In this document: piece by piece, positions 36,273 to 45,836 of the stretch
Layout: each line of letters starts with the position of its first letter
Numbering within the stretch: position 1 is the first letter of the stretch
Source of the DNA: a virus
Taxonomy: Duplodnaviria; Caudoviricetes
IMG/VR virus record: IMGVR_UViG_2622736592_000004
Span: 32,001 to 96,000 of that record
Reading direction: 5' to 3' (one strand)
DNA length: 64,000 bases
The notes under the pieces: model-generated
Told to the model about the DNA's origin: nothing
Database searches by the model: none
Seen by the model: the letters and a program-made list of their open reading frames with translations, nothing else
Made by a program: the position numbers and the translations under genes

Positions 36273-38330
36273 CTAGTCGGGGATGACGGCGTAGAAGAAG
36301 CCCCGACACCTGTCCCGGCCTTCACACGCCCGGTACTTGCCGGTCGGGTAGTCGGCGAGCGCATCCGCGAACGTGTCGTATTCGCGGCCGTCCACCTGCC
36401 GACACGGCCCGCACGTGTTCAGGTCCAGCACCTCTGTGGCACGGAACCGGGTGCCGTCGGGCAGCTCACCCAACACCTGCTCGCGGCCCGCCGCTTGGGC
36501 GGTCGTCGCGGCAGCCGACAGGTTCCCGGCGACGAGGCCACCGTTCTTGGCGGTGGACAGGTCGGTGAGCGCAGCCCGCACAGCGTCACCCACCACGTTG
36601 GGGTCGATGCTGTTGCCGGCGTGAGCCAAAGCGACCCGGGCGGCGGCGTTCGCATACCCGGACACGATCACGTCGGTGACGGCGCGGGCGGTCTGCCGGA
36701 TCCGCTGCTCCCGCTCCGGGCTCAGCGCAGCCGGCATCCGGGCCAGTGGTGCCGCCTCCTTGGCTGCCCCGGCAGCCGACTTGCCGGCCAAGTCCAGCAT
36801 TCCGGCGGCGACGATCGCGGCAAGCCCGGCGGTGACGGCGGCCGGAACAGCCAGCGCACCCAACCCGACGATCATGCCCCCGGCGACCTCCGCGACGGCA
36901 GCAGCAACGAGGACATCCACCAGCGGCGACGACTGCTCCTCCCACTGGGCGGTCATGTCGGCGACGGCCTGCTCATGCTGGGCGGCAACCGTCGTGTAGT
37001 CGACTGGGTCACCGGGCTGCGGCGCGGCAGCCGCTACCTTGTCGGCAGGCTGCCCTGCCCTGCCAGGCTCCGTTCCGACGGTTGGGCGGGGCGGCGTACG
37101 AGGCGGTGCAGGCTCCGGGGTTGTCTGCTGTGTGCGTTCCGGCAGCCGATACTCCCGGCGCACCCACGCCTCCAACGCCGGATCCGCCGACAGGGCACCC
37201 GACGTCAACAGCAGTTGCAGCGACTCGGCCGTCACCTCACGCCGCGACCCGACACCAGACACCACCACACGGGGCACCGGCTCGTCTTCGCCCCAATTCC
37301 AGTCCACAACCCGCGCGACAGCCTGCCTGGTTGCGGTGTCGGCGATCTGCTCGCCGATCGACTCCAACGCAAGCGTCCACGAGTCGATGAACGCGCCACC
37401 CAACGACCGGGAGCCGCTGTCGGTGGAACCCAAATCCATGTGCTGCATGAGCACACTGCGGGACATTTCCTGGTTGAGGAACTTGATGAACCCGAGCGTG
37501 TCCGGCACCGACCCCGACAGGCCCACGATCTTCATCGTGAACCCGGGCGGGGTGGCCGCACCCGCCTGATCCCCGGCACGGGCAGCCGACATCATGCGCT
37601 GCGCCGACGCCAACTGCTCAGGCGACGGGTTCGTGCCCGGCAGCGCCTCAGCGACCGGCACCCCCGCACCCCACCGCCGGTTTGAAATGGCGTTGACCCG
37701 CATCATCTCCCGCTTGATCAGCCAAGCGGCGTAAGCGGGACGCAGCAGCGACGTGCCCTGCCACGACGCGCCCTCCCGGTCGTGGCAGTACCAGACGAGC
37801 CGCTCGGCCGGGATCTGCGGCGACTGATCCCCGCGCATCACCAACTGGTCGATGCCGAGCAGCGCGCCGGTCTTCGGGTCGGCGTGGATCTCCGCGATCG
37901 TGCCCGGGATCCGTTCCGCCAACACGTTCAGGCGGGCACGGCCCCCCGACACGTCGGCTGCCAACTCGAACCCGTAATGCCCCCACACGAGGCACAGCAG
38001 CGCCGACCGCAGATGCTCAGACCACGACACGCCCTGCCGGCGGAACGCCGACGGCCGGTCATCGCCGGCAACCGGCAACCCTAGGCAGTCGGCGACGAAC
38101 CGGGTGACCTCCGGCCGACATCCGGTGCCGTCCAACTGCCACTGGGCGCGACGCAGTTGCAGGGTGTACCCGCCGAGCACACCCGCCAACTGCGGGTCGC
38201 GGCGCATCTGCGCGTACACCTCCACCGACCCCGGATACACGAGGTCGGGCACCGATTCGTACACGTCGTTGACGAGGGTGCCGTACTGTCGGTCGTCGAC
38301 CATGCCGAGAAGGCGGGTGGGGGCAGACAC
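36273..38330 (-). CDS. Portal protein (Mu gp29/DUF935-like) fused to MuF-like domain
   Basis: YAQMRRDPQL...GTSLLRPAY..W..K; C-terminal LDLNTCGPC..DG...CEGRDRCRG. Confidence 0.85.
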   Translation of the reverse strand: MSAPTRLLGMVDDRQYGTLVNDVYESVPDLVYPGSVEVYAQMRRDPQLAGVLGGYTLQLRRAQWQLDGTGCRPEVTRFVADCLGLPVAGDDRPSAFRRQGVSWSEHLRSALLCLVWGHYGFELAADVSGGRARLNVLAERIPGTIAEIHADPKTGALLGIDQLVMRGDQSPQIPAERLVWYCHDREGASWQGTSLLRPAYAAWLIKREMMRVNAISNRRWGAGVPVAEALPGTNPSPEQLASAQRMMSAARAGDQAGAATPPGFTMKIVGLSGSVPDTLGFIKFLNQEMSRSVLMQHMDLGSTDSGSRSLGGAFIDSWTLALESIGEQIADTATRQAVARVVDWNWGEDEPVPRVVVSGVGSRREVTAESLQLLLTSGALSADPALEAWVRREYRLPERTQQTTPEPAPPRTPPRPTVGTEPGRAGQPADKVAAAAPQPGDPVDYTTVAAQHEQAVADMTAQWEEQSSPLVDVLVAAAVAEVAGGMIVGLGALAVPAAVTAGLAAIVAAGMLDLAGKSAAGAAKEAAPLARMPAALSPEREQRIRQTARAVTDVIVSGYANAAARVALAHAGNSIDPNVVGDAVRAALTDLSTAKNGGLVAGNLSAAATTAQAAGREQVLGELPDGTRFRATEVLDLNTCGPCRQVDGREYDTFADALADYPTGKYRACEGRDRCRGFFYAVIPD

Positions 38331-38346
38331 GGTTCACCCCCGACGG

Positions 38347-39942
38347 CTACAGCGGTACAGATTCCAAGTCGAGTTCCGGCGGGTCCGCCCGTGACGGCGG
38401 CGGGGGAGCGGGTGCTGCTCTTGTGATCGCCACCCGCACCGCGTAGGCGAGGGTGTCCACCTGGTCGTCGTGTGCGCCGTTCGGGAACGCCGCGCACTCG
38501 TCCACCCAACTCTTGACCCACCACGCACCCGCAGGAAGCCACACCCGGCCGTTCGAACACCACGCCGACGCCGGCAGCGCCCGCGTCAACTTGTCCTGCT
38601 CCGCCTGCAACGGGGTGATCGGGATACCCGCGTTAGCGGCCTCCCGCACCAACGTCATGCCGTGCTGGGTGGCCTCCACGAACAGGGTGTCCAGCTGCCA
38701 CCGCTCCACCAGCGGCAGGGCGTGAGCGAAGTGGTCGGCCTCCCCGATGCGGGCACGGACCCTATCCAGCAACACCAGGTCACCGGAGATGGTGCGCGCC
38801 CACGCGGAGATGACCGTCCAGTCCGCCGACGTCTTCGTAGACGCGGCCAGGTCGACGGTGGCGAACCGCCAACAGTCCGCCAGCCGAAACGACCGCATGC
38901 CCAAGCTGAGCATGCCGCCCGGCTGCGGCGACCAGTACCGCCACCAGATCCGCTTGAACAGGTTGCCCTCAGCCGGCGCGGGCCGCTGCTGGTACAGGGC
39001 GGCGAACACATACTCGCCGACAGCCTTACGGATCGCCTTCCAATCCCGGTCACCCCGGGCGGAGATCATCCCTTCGCCGGCCTTCCGGCCGAGGACGTCG
39101 TTGTCGTCCTCAGCGACGGCGGGAATCGACACGACCCGCCACCGGCCGCCGTTCTTCCGGTCGCCTTCGTTGGCGAGGATCTGCCGGATCGGCTCCGACT
39201 CGTGCCAGCACGTTTGGATCCACGCCATCCGGGCCCCCGGGCCAAGACGAGGAACCATCGCCGACTGGTAGACGGACATGGCCTTGTCGCGGATTTTCTC
39301 CGACTGCGCCTCAGCCATGTTCTTGAGCGGGTCGTCCACGAGGATGACGTCGCCGGCTTTACCGGTGATCGATCCGTTGATGCCAGCGCAGTACACCGAC
39401 CCGCGATGCCCGGCAATGTTCCACCGGCCGGCAGCGCGAGAGTCTTTCCGCAGCCGCAACCCGAGGTCGACGGTGCCCTCGTCGCCCGACCAGCGTTCCA
39501 ACGCGTCCTTGATCTCGCCGCCCCACCGGCGGGCCATCTCGTCGCTGTACGACACGATGAGCACCCGCAGGTCCGGGTTGACGCAGGTGAGCAGCCACAG
39601 CGGAAACCAGAAGGAGACGGTCGTCGACTTGCCCTCTTGCGGGCTCATGAACGCGGCGAACCGGGTTTCCCGACCTTCGGCCAGGTCGACGAGCGCCGTG
39701 TTGATGAGTTCCAGGGCGGGGGTGCGCCACACCCCGACCCGTTCGCCGTTCTCGTCGAGACGTGGCGGGTCGAGTGAGGTGGCCATGTCCAGCGGCGACG
39801 GCCACCGGCGACGGTTCGCGTCGACTTTCCGCCGCGCCTCGGCGGTGCGCCGCTGCTCCTTCTCCGCCTTCAACCGGCGCAGCTCGACAAGTTTCGCCAG
39901 TTTCACCTGCCGAAGTGTCGGCGGATCAGCTACGACGGTCAC
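38347..39942 (-). CDS. terL: Terminase large subunit
   Basis: SPQEGKS, ILVDDPLK, YQQRP, FPNGAHDDQVD. Confidence 0.95.
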   Translation of the reverse strand: MTVVADPPTLRQVKLAKLVELRRLKAEKEQRRTAEARRKVDANRRRWPSPLDMATSLDPPRLDENGERVGVWRTPALELINTALVDLAEGRETRFAAFMSPQEGKSTTVSFWFPLWLLTCVNPDLRVLIVSYSDEMARRWGGEIKDALERWSGDEGTVDLGLRLRKDSRAAGRWNIAGHRGSVYCAGINGSITGKAGDVILVDDPLKNMAEAQSEKIRDKAMSVYQSAMVPRLGPGARMAWIQTCWHESEPIRQILANEGDRKNGGRWRVVSIPAVAEDDNDVLGRKAGEGMISARGDRDWKAIRKAVGEYVFAALYQQRPAPAEGNLFKRIWWRYWSPQPGGMLSLGMRSFRLADCWRFATVDLAASTKTSADWTVISAWARTISGDLVLLDRVRARIGEADHFAHALPLVERWQLDTLFVEATQHGMTLVREAANAGIPITPLQAEQDKLTRALPASAWCSNGRVWLPAGAWWVKSWVDECAAFPNGAHDDQVDTLAYAVRVAITRAAPAPPPPSRADPPELDLESVPL

Positions 39943-39964
39943 CGGTGTCCTCCCCGGCGTGTGG

Positions 39965-40477
39965 CTACTCCTGCGGCACCGACGTTGCCGGCTGCTCGTC
40001 GAGTTCAGCGGACAGCTTTGCGATCTCCGCATCCAACGCGTCGATGGTGATGGCTTCCACCTTCGTGGGGGCATCCAAGCCGAGGAATTTGGCCCGCCGC
40101 TCTTGGATCTTCAACACCCGGTCGATGGCGGCGAGCGTCGGCCCGTCGTCGATGAGCGGCTGGTCGGTGTCCTCGTCGCGGATGACCCGCCCGTGGGACA
40201 CGGTGACGTGCTGCCGTTTGAGGACAGCCCACGCTTCGGCGAGCAGCAGGTCGAGGCGCTGTAGTTCTTCTTCCCGGTATATGTCGGTGGCGCGGGTCTG
40301 TTCGGCGATGGCGGCTTCGAGCGCGCGGGTTACGTCTTGGCATGCCGCGCCGCGCGAGCTGTAGCCGAGGGCGTCGGCGATGGCTTGGAAGCTGGCACCG
40401 GTCATGCGCATGGCCACGGCCTCGGCGCGTCGTTTGGCGACTTGCGCGCGTTGGGCTTTGGAGGCGGCCACGTTCAC
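39965..40477 (-). CDS. terS: Terminase small subunit (HTH)
   Basis: GASFQAIADALGY; ERRAKFLGLDAP; upstream of terL. Confidence 0.8.
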   Translation of the reverse strand: MNVAASKAQRAQVAKRRAEAVAMRMTGASFQAIADALGYSSRGAACQDVTRALEAAIAEQTRATDIYREEELQRLDLLLAEAWAVLKRQHVTVSHGRVIRDEDTDQPLIDDGPTLAAIDRVLKIQERRAKFLGLDAPTKVEAITIDALDAEIAKLSAELDEQPATSVPQE

Positions 40478-40553
40478 ACGTCCTTTCGGGTCACGAGTGG
40501 TGTGGGCTGTCGCCCACCGCGCAGACCGTGGGCTGCACCCTCGTGTGCCGGGT

Positions 40554-40778
40554 TCAGGTGTCGTGGTCGACGGCGATGAGGACGGTTTCGGTTGCGATCT
40601 GGTTGCCGCCGATGCTGTAGGGATGGCCGTCTTCGTTGAGGCGCGCCCTGACGACTTCGACGCCTCGGTGGTTGATGGTGACGCTGTGGAGGGTGTCGGG
40701 GTCGACGGGGTTGAGGCCGAGGTCCCGGAGGGAGGCGAGGATTTTGGTGGAGGGCACGCGGTGGGGGTCGTTGCTCAC
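40554..40778 (-). CDS. Hypothetical protein
   Basis: AAGGAG RBS before GTG. Confidence 0.55.
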   Translation of the reverse strand: MSNDPHRVPSTKILASLRDLGLNPVDPDTLHSVTINHRGVEVVRARLNEDGHPYSIGGNQIATETVLIAVDHDT

Positions 40779-40843
40779 GGGTGGCTCCTTCGGCGGGTGG
40801 TGTTCCCGGCCCGGGGCCACCCGCATGTCCGGGCCGGGAACGT

Positions 40844-41059
40844 TCAGGGGGTCTGCTTGTCGCTGGCGGTTTCCTCGTGGACTTGCGAGGCAGTGAGTAG
40901 CGAAGCCGACTCGATGATGATGGCTAGGAAGGAGAGGCCGAGGACGACGGGTGGTTCGTCGCGGGCGAGCCAGAACGCGCAGAGGGGCCAGCCGGCGAGG
41001 GATCCGGCGAGTAGCGACCAGGCGGTGATGGTGCGGGCGCGGCGCATGCGGGCGGCCAT
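40844..41059 (-). CDS. Small two-TM membrane protein
   Basis: Two hydrophobic segments; GAGGGG RBS. Confidence 0.6.
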   Translation of the reverse strand: MAARMRRARTITAWSLLAGSLAGWPLCAFWLARDEPPVVLGLSFLAIIIESASLLTASQVHEETASDKQTP

Positions 41060-41160
41060 TGCGCCCCCTCGTGAATGCCGAATGCCCGCCGAGCGTGGGG
41101 GCTCTGGCGGGCATTTGGAGGTTCGAAGTTGACCGAAGAGACACTTCGGGCGCTGGCGGG

Positions 41161-41189
41161 AGCGTACCTGTTGCGGTCTCCAAGAGCAA
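41161..41189 (-). promoter_or_regulatory. Candidate late promoter
   Basis: TTGCTC-N17-TACGCT upstream of packaging genes; hairpin at about 41078-41119. Confidence 0.45.
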
Positions 41190-41597
41190 CTATGTGTTGG
41201 CGTGGGTGTCTTCTGCTTGTCGGTTGCGATCGCGGGGGCGGCCGTTTTGGAGGTTGCGGAGGTCGCCGACTCGGTATTTCCAGCCAGCCCCGGTGTCGTG
41301 GCCGTTGAGTCGGCCGGCGAGGCGGAGTCGGCGAATGTTGGCGGTGGAGGTGCAGAGGAAGTCGGCGGCGTCAGCTGGGTCGAGTAGGTCGTCGTCTTCT
41401 GCGGTGACGACGCGGGGGATGACCCAGGTTTCGCCGAACTGTTGGGCGGTGGCGTCGGCGTCGTCGCATGCGGTGGGGTTGAGGGCGCGGAGTCGGGCTC
41501 GGTACATCTGGGCGACTTTGCGGGCGCGGACGAGTGGGTTGTCGCCGGGGTGTGGCCACCGGTTGCGTCCGGGTTGCTGGTCGAGTTCAGGGTTCAC
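41190..41597 (-). CDS. Protein with C-terminal MerR/excisionase-type HTH (candidate late regulator)
   Basis: LLDPADAADFLCTSTANIRRLRLAGRL. Confidence 0.7.
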   Translation of the reverse strand: MNPELDQQPGRNRWPHPGDNPLVRARKVAQMYRARLRALNPTACDDADATAQQFGETWVIPRVVTAEDDDLLDPADAADFLCTSTANIRRLRLAGRLNGHDTGAGWKYRVGDLRNLQNGRPRDRNRQAEDTHANT

Positions 41598-42325
41598 GCG
41601 GCGGCTCCGGTGCGCTGCGGCCACACGAGGTTGGTGACGTACTGCCGGTAGTCGTCGTGGGGCCAGGTGGCGTGGCAGTTGGCGCAGTACACGTCGCAGG
41701 GGTCGCCTTCGTCGCGGGGGTCGTCGCGGTGGAGTTCGTCGATGCCGCAGCCGGAGCAGGTGCCGGGTAGGTGGGTGGTGCGGTAGGTGCGGCCGAGCAT
41801 GCCGCGTGCCCGCTGGTGGAGGTGTTGAAGGTGGTGGACGGCTTCCCAGCCGGTGACGTCGGTGGGGTCGTCGTTGGGGCCGGTGGGGTAGACGGCGGTG
41901 GCGGGTAGGCGGGCGAGGGTGTGGAGGTGTGCGGTGAGGGTGGTGGTGGCGCGTTGGATGTTGGGTCCGCCTCGCCGGATGGTGGGTGGGTCGGTGAGGT
42001 TGGCGGCGGCGCGGACTTCGGTTTCCCAGGTGACCGCCACGTGGACGATTTCGGCTTGTAGGGCTTCGGCGGCACCGTTGAGGGGCATGGGGGGTGCTGC
42101 TTTGCCGGTGGGTTGCATGTGGATGGCCTGCGACAGGCTGGGCGCTTGGAGTTGTTCGAGGTCGACGTAGTCGTAGACGAGTGCGCGGATGTCGCGTTCG
42201 GCTGCGGTGAGGCACGCGTCGCAGAGGGGCGTGCTGGTAGTGTCTGCGGGTTGGCGGGTGGCCGGGTTGTAGGCGCGGCACCGGGTGTCGGAGACGCAGT
42301 GTCCGGTGGGGGTGGTGTTGTGCAT
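41594..42325 (-). CDS. Zn-binding phage protein
   Basis: LCDAC and CSGC...CANC motifs. Confidence 0.7.
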   Translation of the reverse strand: MHNTTPTGHCVSDTRCRAYNPATRQPADTTSTPLCDACLTAAERDIRALVYDYVDLEQLQAPSLSQAIHMQPTGKAAPPMPLNGAAEALQAEIVHVAVTWETEVRAAANLTDPPTIRRGGPNIQRATTTLTAHLHTLARLPATAVYPTGPNDDPTDVTGWEAVHHLQHLHQRARGMLGRTYRTTHLPGTCSGCGIDELHRDDPRDEGDPCDVYCANCHATWPHDDYRQYVTNLVWPQRTGAAA

Positions 42326-42437
42326 GTGCTGGGTCTCCGATCAGGCGTGGGTACGCTTGGCGGTGACCTTCACGCGGGGGCGTGGGGTGGTTTGGGTGGC
42401 GGTCCGTTCTGGGGAGGGCGGGCCGCCACTGCCGTCT

Positions 42438-42701
42438 CTAGCTATGCCTGTTTCGTGTCAACCTGTCGCGGACGTTGTAGACCGCTTCGGTGGCCCGCCC
42501 CGCAGTTTCGCCTAGGGCCAGCACCCACCGGGGGGTTCGCGCCCGGTTGTAGGCGATTGTGTCGAGTAGGGGAGCGCACCGGGCGCAGGGGTTTTCGTCG
42601 GGGCATGTGTTTCCGTCGGGGTGCACGCTGTCGCGGCGGACCATGGCTTTGAGCATCCCGAAGTAGTGGGTGGGCCATGAGTCGTTCTGGGTGCTGCTCA
42701 T
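42438..42701 (-). CDS. Hypothetical protein
   Basis: GGAG RBS; overlap with upstream stop. Confidence 0.5.
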   Translation of the reverse strand: MSSTQNDSWPTHYFGMLKAMVRRDSVHPDGNTCPDENPCARCAPLLDTIAYNRARTPRWVLALGETAGRATEAVYNVRDRLTRNRHS

Positions 42702-42898
42702 GGTGTCTCCATGATTCGCCGCCAGGTGGTGTGGCTGTCGGCGGTGAGCTGTTCGGGGGTGGGTGGGTTCGCGGCGTGCTGGTGGTCGCCGCCGGTCGGC
42801 CACACGGGGTGGACGGTGGGGTTGGGCTGGCTGAGCTGCTGGTCTTCGATGGTGTCGGCGGGTTCGATGCCGCACTGCCAGCAGCGCAGGTCAGTCAT
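42698..42898 (-). CDS. Hypothetical small CxxC protein
   Basis: MTDLRCWQCG; coupled overlaps. Confidence 0.5.
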   Translation of the reverse strand: MTDLRCWQCGIEPADTIEDQQLSQPNPTVHPVWPTGGDHQHAANPPTPEQLTADSHTTWRRIMETP

Positions 42899-43271
42899 GC
42901 GGGATCCATTCGGGTTGGTATCCGGGCTCGGTCGAGAACGCGGCGGCGAGACTACGCACTGTGTGGCACGGGTAGTCGCGCCACGTCGCGTCGTAGGCGG
43001 GCGGGTCCGCGCAGACAGCACAGACGGGCAGGATGCCTACCCGCTCGGGGGCGTGTTCGGTGAGGACGGCGCGCATGGCGTCGAGTTCGGCGAGCCGTTC
43101 GCGGCACATCTGCTCGGCTTTCGGCCAGTCGTGCCAGCCGGGGATGTGCTTGCCGAGCAGCTTCGGGTCTTGGAGGGTGAGGATGGTTTGCTGCGCCCAG
43201 TAGAGGAGTTCCCGGGTGCGGGTTTCGGCTGCGGTGATCTGCTGGTCGAGCCACGGCGCAAGTTCGGTCAC
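42891..43271 (-). CDS. DUF6221-like protein (paralog 3)
   Basis: WLDQQI...YPCHTVRSLA...PGYQPEW. Confidence 0.7.
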   Translation of the reverse strand: MTELAPWLDQQITAAETRTRELLYWAQQTILTLQDPKLLGKHIPGWHDWPKAEQMCRERLAELDAMRAVLTEHAPERVGILPVCAVCADPPAYDATWRDYPCHTVRSLAAAFSTEPGYQPEWIPHD

Positions 43272-43678
43272 GGCTTCCACTCCGGGCGGTATCCGGGCTC
43301 TGCGTCATGCGCGGCGGCGAGCAGCCGCAACGTTGGACATGGGGCGTCAACCGACCGCACCCCGCCGTCCGCCCAGCAGTTGGTGCAGTAGCCGTGCTCA
43401 CCGATCGGGTGGGCGGCGATGATGCGCCGGTCGATGGCGATTCGGTGCAGCACGTGCGCAGGATCGTTGCCGGCGATGTGTTCACCGTGTGCGTCTTCGA
43501 GGCCACCCCCATACGTTCCGGTGGCGATCGGCCCGGGATGCCGGGACGTGTCGCTGGGGTAGATGTTGCCGTCGCTGTAGCGCCAGGTGGGTCCGTGGTT
43601 GGCGGCGGCTTGGGCGCGCTGTTCGATGCGGTCGAGTACCCCGCCGAGCCACACGGTCAGGTCGTCGGTCGCGGTCAT
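43268..43678 (-). CDS. DUF6221-like protein (paralog 2)
   Basis: HIAGNDPAHVL..IAIDRRII...PCPTLRLLA...PGYRPEWKP. Confidence 0.75.
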   Translation of the reverse strand: MTATDDLTVWLGGVLDRIEQRAQAAANHGPTWRYSDGNIYPSDTSRHPGPIATGTYGGGLEDAHGEHIAGNDPAHVLHRIAIDRRIIAAHPIGEHGYCTNCWADGGVRSVDAPCPTLRLLAAAHDAEPGYRPEWKP

Positions 43679-43869
43679 CTTCCGTCCATCCAGCGCATGA
43701 ACCCGGCGATGCTGTAGAGCAGCGTGCCGCCGATTGCGGCCCCAATGATGGCCGGTGTGACGTCGAAGGCGACGCCGAAGAGCGCGATGGGCACGCTGGT
43801 GGCGGTGGCGAACATGGCGAGTTCCCCCGATGGGCTGATACGCGACTGGTTCGGGGTGGGGTGGGTCAT
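43675..43869 (-). CDS. Small two-TM membrane protein
   Basis: Hydrophobic; ATGA overlaps both sides. Confidence 0.55.
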   Translation of the reverse strand: MTHPTPNQSRISPSGELAMFATATSVPIALFGVAFDVTPAIIGAAIGGTLLYSIAGFMRWMDGR

Positions 43870-44210
43870 GGTCGCCACTCCTCTCGGTAGCCGGGACGGT
43901 CGGCGTACGGCAGGGCGAGCAGGCGCAGCGTGTCGCACGGCCCCGGATACGAGACACACGACCCGCACGATTCCGGTGCGCTCCGCAGGCCGGCGGCTGG
44001 GTGTAGGTCGATGATGCGCCGCTTGGCTTCCACCTCGGCGAGCGCGCGGGCCGGGCTCCAGCGGTGGACGTGCGCGCCGGCAGCCATGAGGTCGGTGTCC
44101 TCGGTCTCAGCCTCGATGTAGAACCCGCCCGGTGAGGCAATGAGCTGCCGCGCCACCCGCTCGTCGTCGTCGAGCTGGGCGGGCAGCCAGGTGATCAGGT
44201 TGTCGGTCAC
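43866..44210 (-). CDS. DUF6221-like protein (paralog 1)
   Basis: PARALAEVEAKRRII...PCDTLRLLALPYADRPGYREEWRP. Confidence 0.8.
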   Translation of the reverse strand: MTDNLITWLPAQLDDDERVARQLIASPGGFYIEAETEDTDLMAAGAHVHRWSPARALAEVEAKRRIIDLHPAAGLRSAPESCGSCVSYPGPCDTLRLLALPYADRPGYREEWRP

Positions 44211-44689
44211 GGTCGCCATCCCGGCTCCCAGTTGTTGATAGAGAACTCCAGCATCGTCCTGACCACTTCGGACCTTGTCGTGTCGAGTTCGTCGGCAAGA
44301 GACTCCAGTTCATCCACCGACTCCTGCTCAAGGAGGAAGTTGACGGTGCGGGGCGTGTCCGGATCGGATGGGGTGGTTGGTGCAGGCGCGGCTCCTGCAC
44401 CGTATCGCTGCCGGTTGTAGATGGGCTTCTCTGCCCGGATGGCTTCCTTCTCGGCAGCGAGCGCTTCGGCTCTGGTCGGGAACCATGTTCCTGTGAACGT
44501 TGTGGCTTGGTCGATCCACTCGGCGTAGGCGCGGTGCCCGCTTGCTCGATGCCCAGGATTGAACGTTACGCCGACGTATAGGAGACGCCCCTCCGCGTCG
44601 TAGTGTCGGTAGAGCGCCGTTCGCCTGTTGTTGATGTTGTAACTGGCCCCAGTGGGACCGAACGAACTGTAGGTCTTGGGGACGGTCAT
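44207..44689 (-). CDS. GIY-YIG nuclease fused to ribbon-helix-helix domain
   Basis: ALYRHYD..GRLLYVGVT...R..H...EKEAI..EKPIYN; TVNFLL...LESLA...TTRSEVVR. Confidence 0.75.
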   Translation of the reverse strand: MTVPKTYSSFGPTGASYNINNRRTALYRHYDAEGRLLYVGVTFNPGHRASGHRAYAEWIDQATTFTGTWFPTRAEALAAEKEAIRAEKPIYNRQRYGAGAAPAPTTPSDPDTPRTVNFLLEQESVDELESLADELDTTRSEVVRTMLEFSINNWEPGWRP

Positions 44690-44943
44690 GCGGCACTCCT
44701 AATGCGTAGCGCGTCAACAACAACGTTCCGCTTTGCTTTGATGCGTTCCGCCAACTTGTCGACTGTTTTTGCCTCGGGGTGCAGGTTTGTGCGTGCAGTT
44801 CTGATGGCCTCGTCGCGCACTTGCTGAGCTAGCTTGATGGTGGCTCGACCGTTCGTGATGAACTGCTGGCAGGCTGCCGCTCGTTCCACCGGATCGGCGA
44901 CTCTTTCGAGTGCTGCGATCATGGCGTTTTCCCTGGTGGGCAT
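44686..44943 (-). CDS. Small HTH protein (leaderless)
   Basis: TVDKLAERIKAKRNVVVDAL; TATAAT at 44950-44955 (minus). Confidence 0.65.
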   Translation of the reverse strand: MPTRENAMIAALERVADPVERAAACQQFITNGRATIKLAQQVRDEAIRTARTNLHPEAKTVDKLAERIKAKRNVVVDALRIRSAA

Positions 44944-44992
44944 GGGTCTATTATATGTGTTGTGTGCAGCATGCCGCATGCGGTTTGCCTCA

Positions 44993-45295
44993 CTATTCGC
45001 GTTCGTTTTCCCAGTTTCGGGGCCGCATCCAGTACGACTCTTCGGTGTAGTCGAAGCGTTCCCAGCCGTCGCGTCCGGCGTGAATGTTGCGCACCCATCC
45101 GCCGCCGTCTGGGGGCACATCGGAGTGGTACCACGCTTTGCGCTGGCCTTCGGTGGTGGCGTACTCCCAGTCGGGGTGGCACATGTCGGCGTGCAGTTCG
45201 TTGTCGGGCCGCCTGCGCTGCTGGGCGCGGTAGACGGCCATGTCCTCGGCGTGTGTGCGCTTGCGGCAGAGGGCGTGGGGGATGGTGTCGTTCAC
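44993..45295 (-). CDS. Hypothetical protein
   Basis: GTGA coupling; Trp-rich. Confidence 0.55.
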   Translation of the reverse strand: MNDTIPHALCRKRTHAEDMAVYRAQQRRRPDNELHADMCHPDWEYATTEGQRKAWYHSDVPPDGGGWVRNIHAGRDGWERFDYTEESYWMRPRNWENERE

Positions 45296-45507
45296 GGCTG
45301 GTCCTCGCTGGTGTTGTTGGCGGCGTCGAACAGGTCGGGTCCGTCCTGCTCCGGTGTGCGTGGTCGGGGGATGCGTGGTGGGAGGATGCCGCGCTGCCGG
45401 GCGCACGTTTCGCCTAGGCCGTCGTGCAGCACACCGGTGGGCACGGGTCGGTGGCAGCATCGGCATCGGGCGGGTGGGGGTACGCCCGGCAGCAGCGGCA
45501 GGGTCAT
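45292..45507 (-). CDS. Small Zn-finger protein
   Basis: CRCCHRP...GLGETCA. Confidence 0.55.
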   Translation of the reverse strand: MTLPLLPGVPPPARCRCCHRPVPTGVLHDGLGETCARQRGILPPRIPRPRTPEQDGPDLFDAANNTSEDQP

Positions 45508-45836
45508 CTGGCGGTCCGCTCCCGCAGCCGCGCGGCGGCCTCCCGACGGTTTCGCTGCTTGCGTTCCGCCTCAACGAGACACGGCCACACCACGTTCACG
45601 TACTCCCAGATGTACACGCCGAACCAGTGGGCGGCGTCGTCGTAGCCTTTGCGGCCGATCGACGCGTTGGGTGTCCACCCTTCGGCGATCTGCCGCAGCC
45701 AGTAGAAGCAGCGGGCCGACAGTTCGGGTGGGGGTTCAGACCAGTAGGCGTAGGGGTCGCGGACTGGGGGCGGCTTGGGTGTTTCGATCTCGACCCACGG
45801 TTCGCCGCCGCTGCCGGTTTTACCTGGCCTGCTCAT
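45504..45836 (-). CDS. Hypothetical protein
   Basis: ATGA overlaps; 3' part of ORF 45504..46646. Confidence 0.5.
   Translation of the reverse strand: MSRPGKTGSGGEPWVEIETPKPPPVRDPYAYWSEPPPELSARCFYWLRQIAEGWTPNASIGRKGYDDAAHWFGVYIWEYVNVVWPCLVEAERKQRNRREAAARLRERTAR

Noticed and set aside
36273-38330. Portal-MuF fusion as a novelty
   Set aside because: Such fusions are common in actinophages and no toxin extension is evident.
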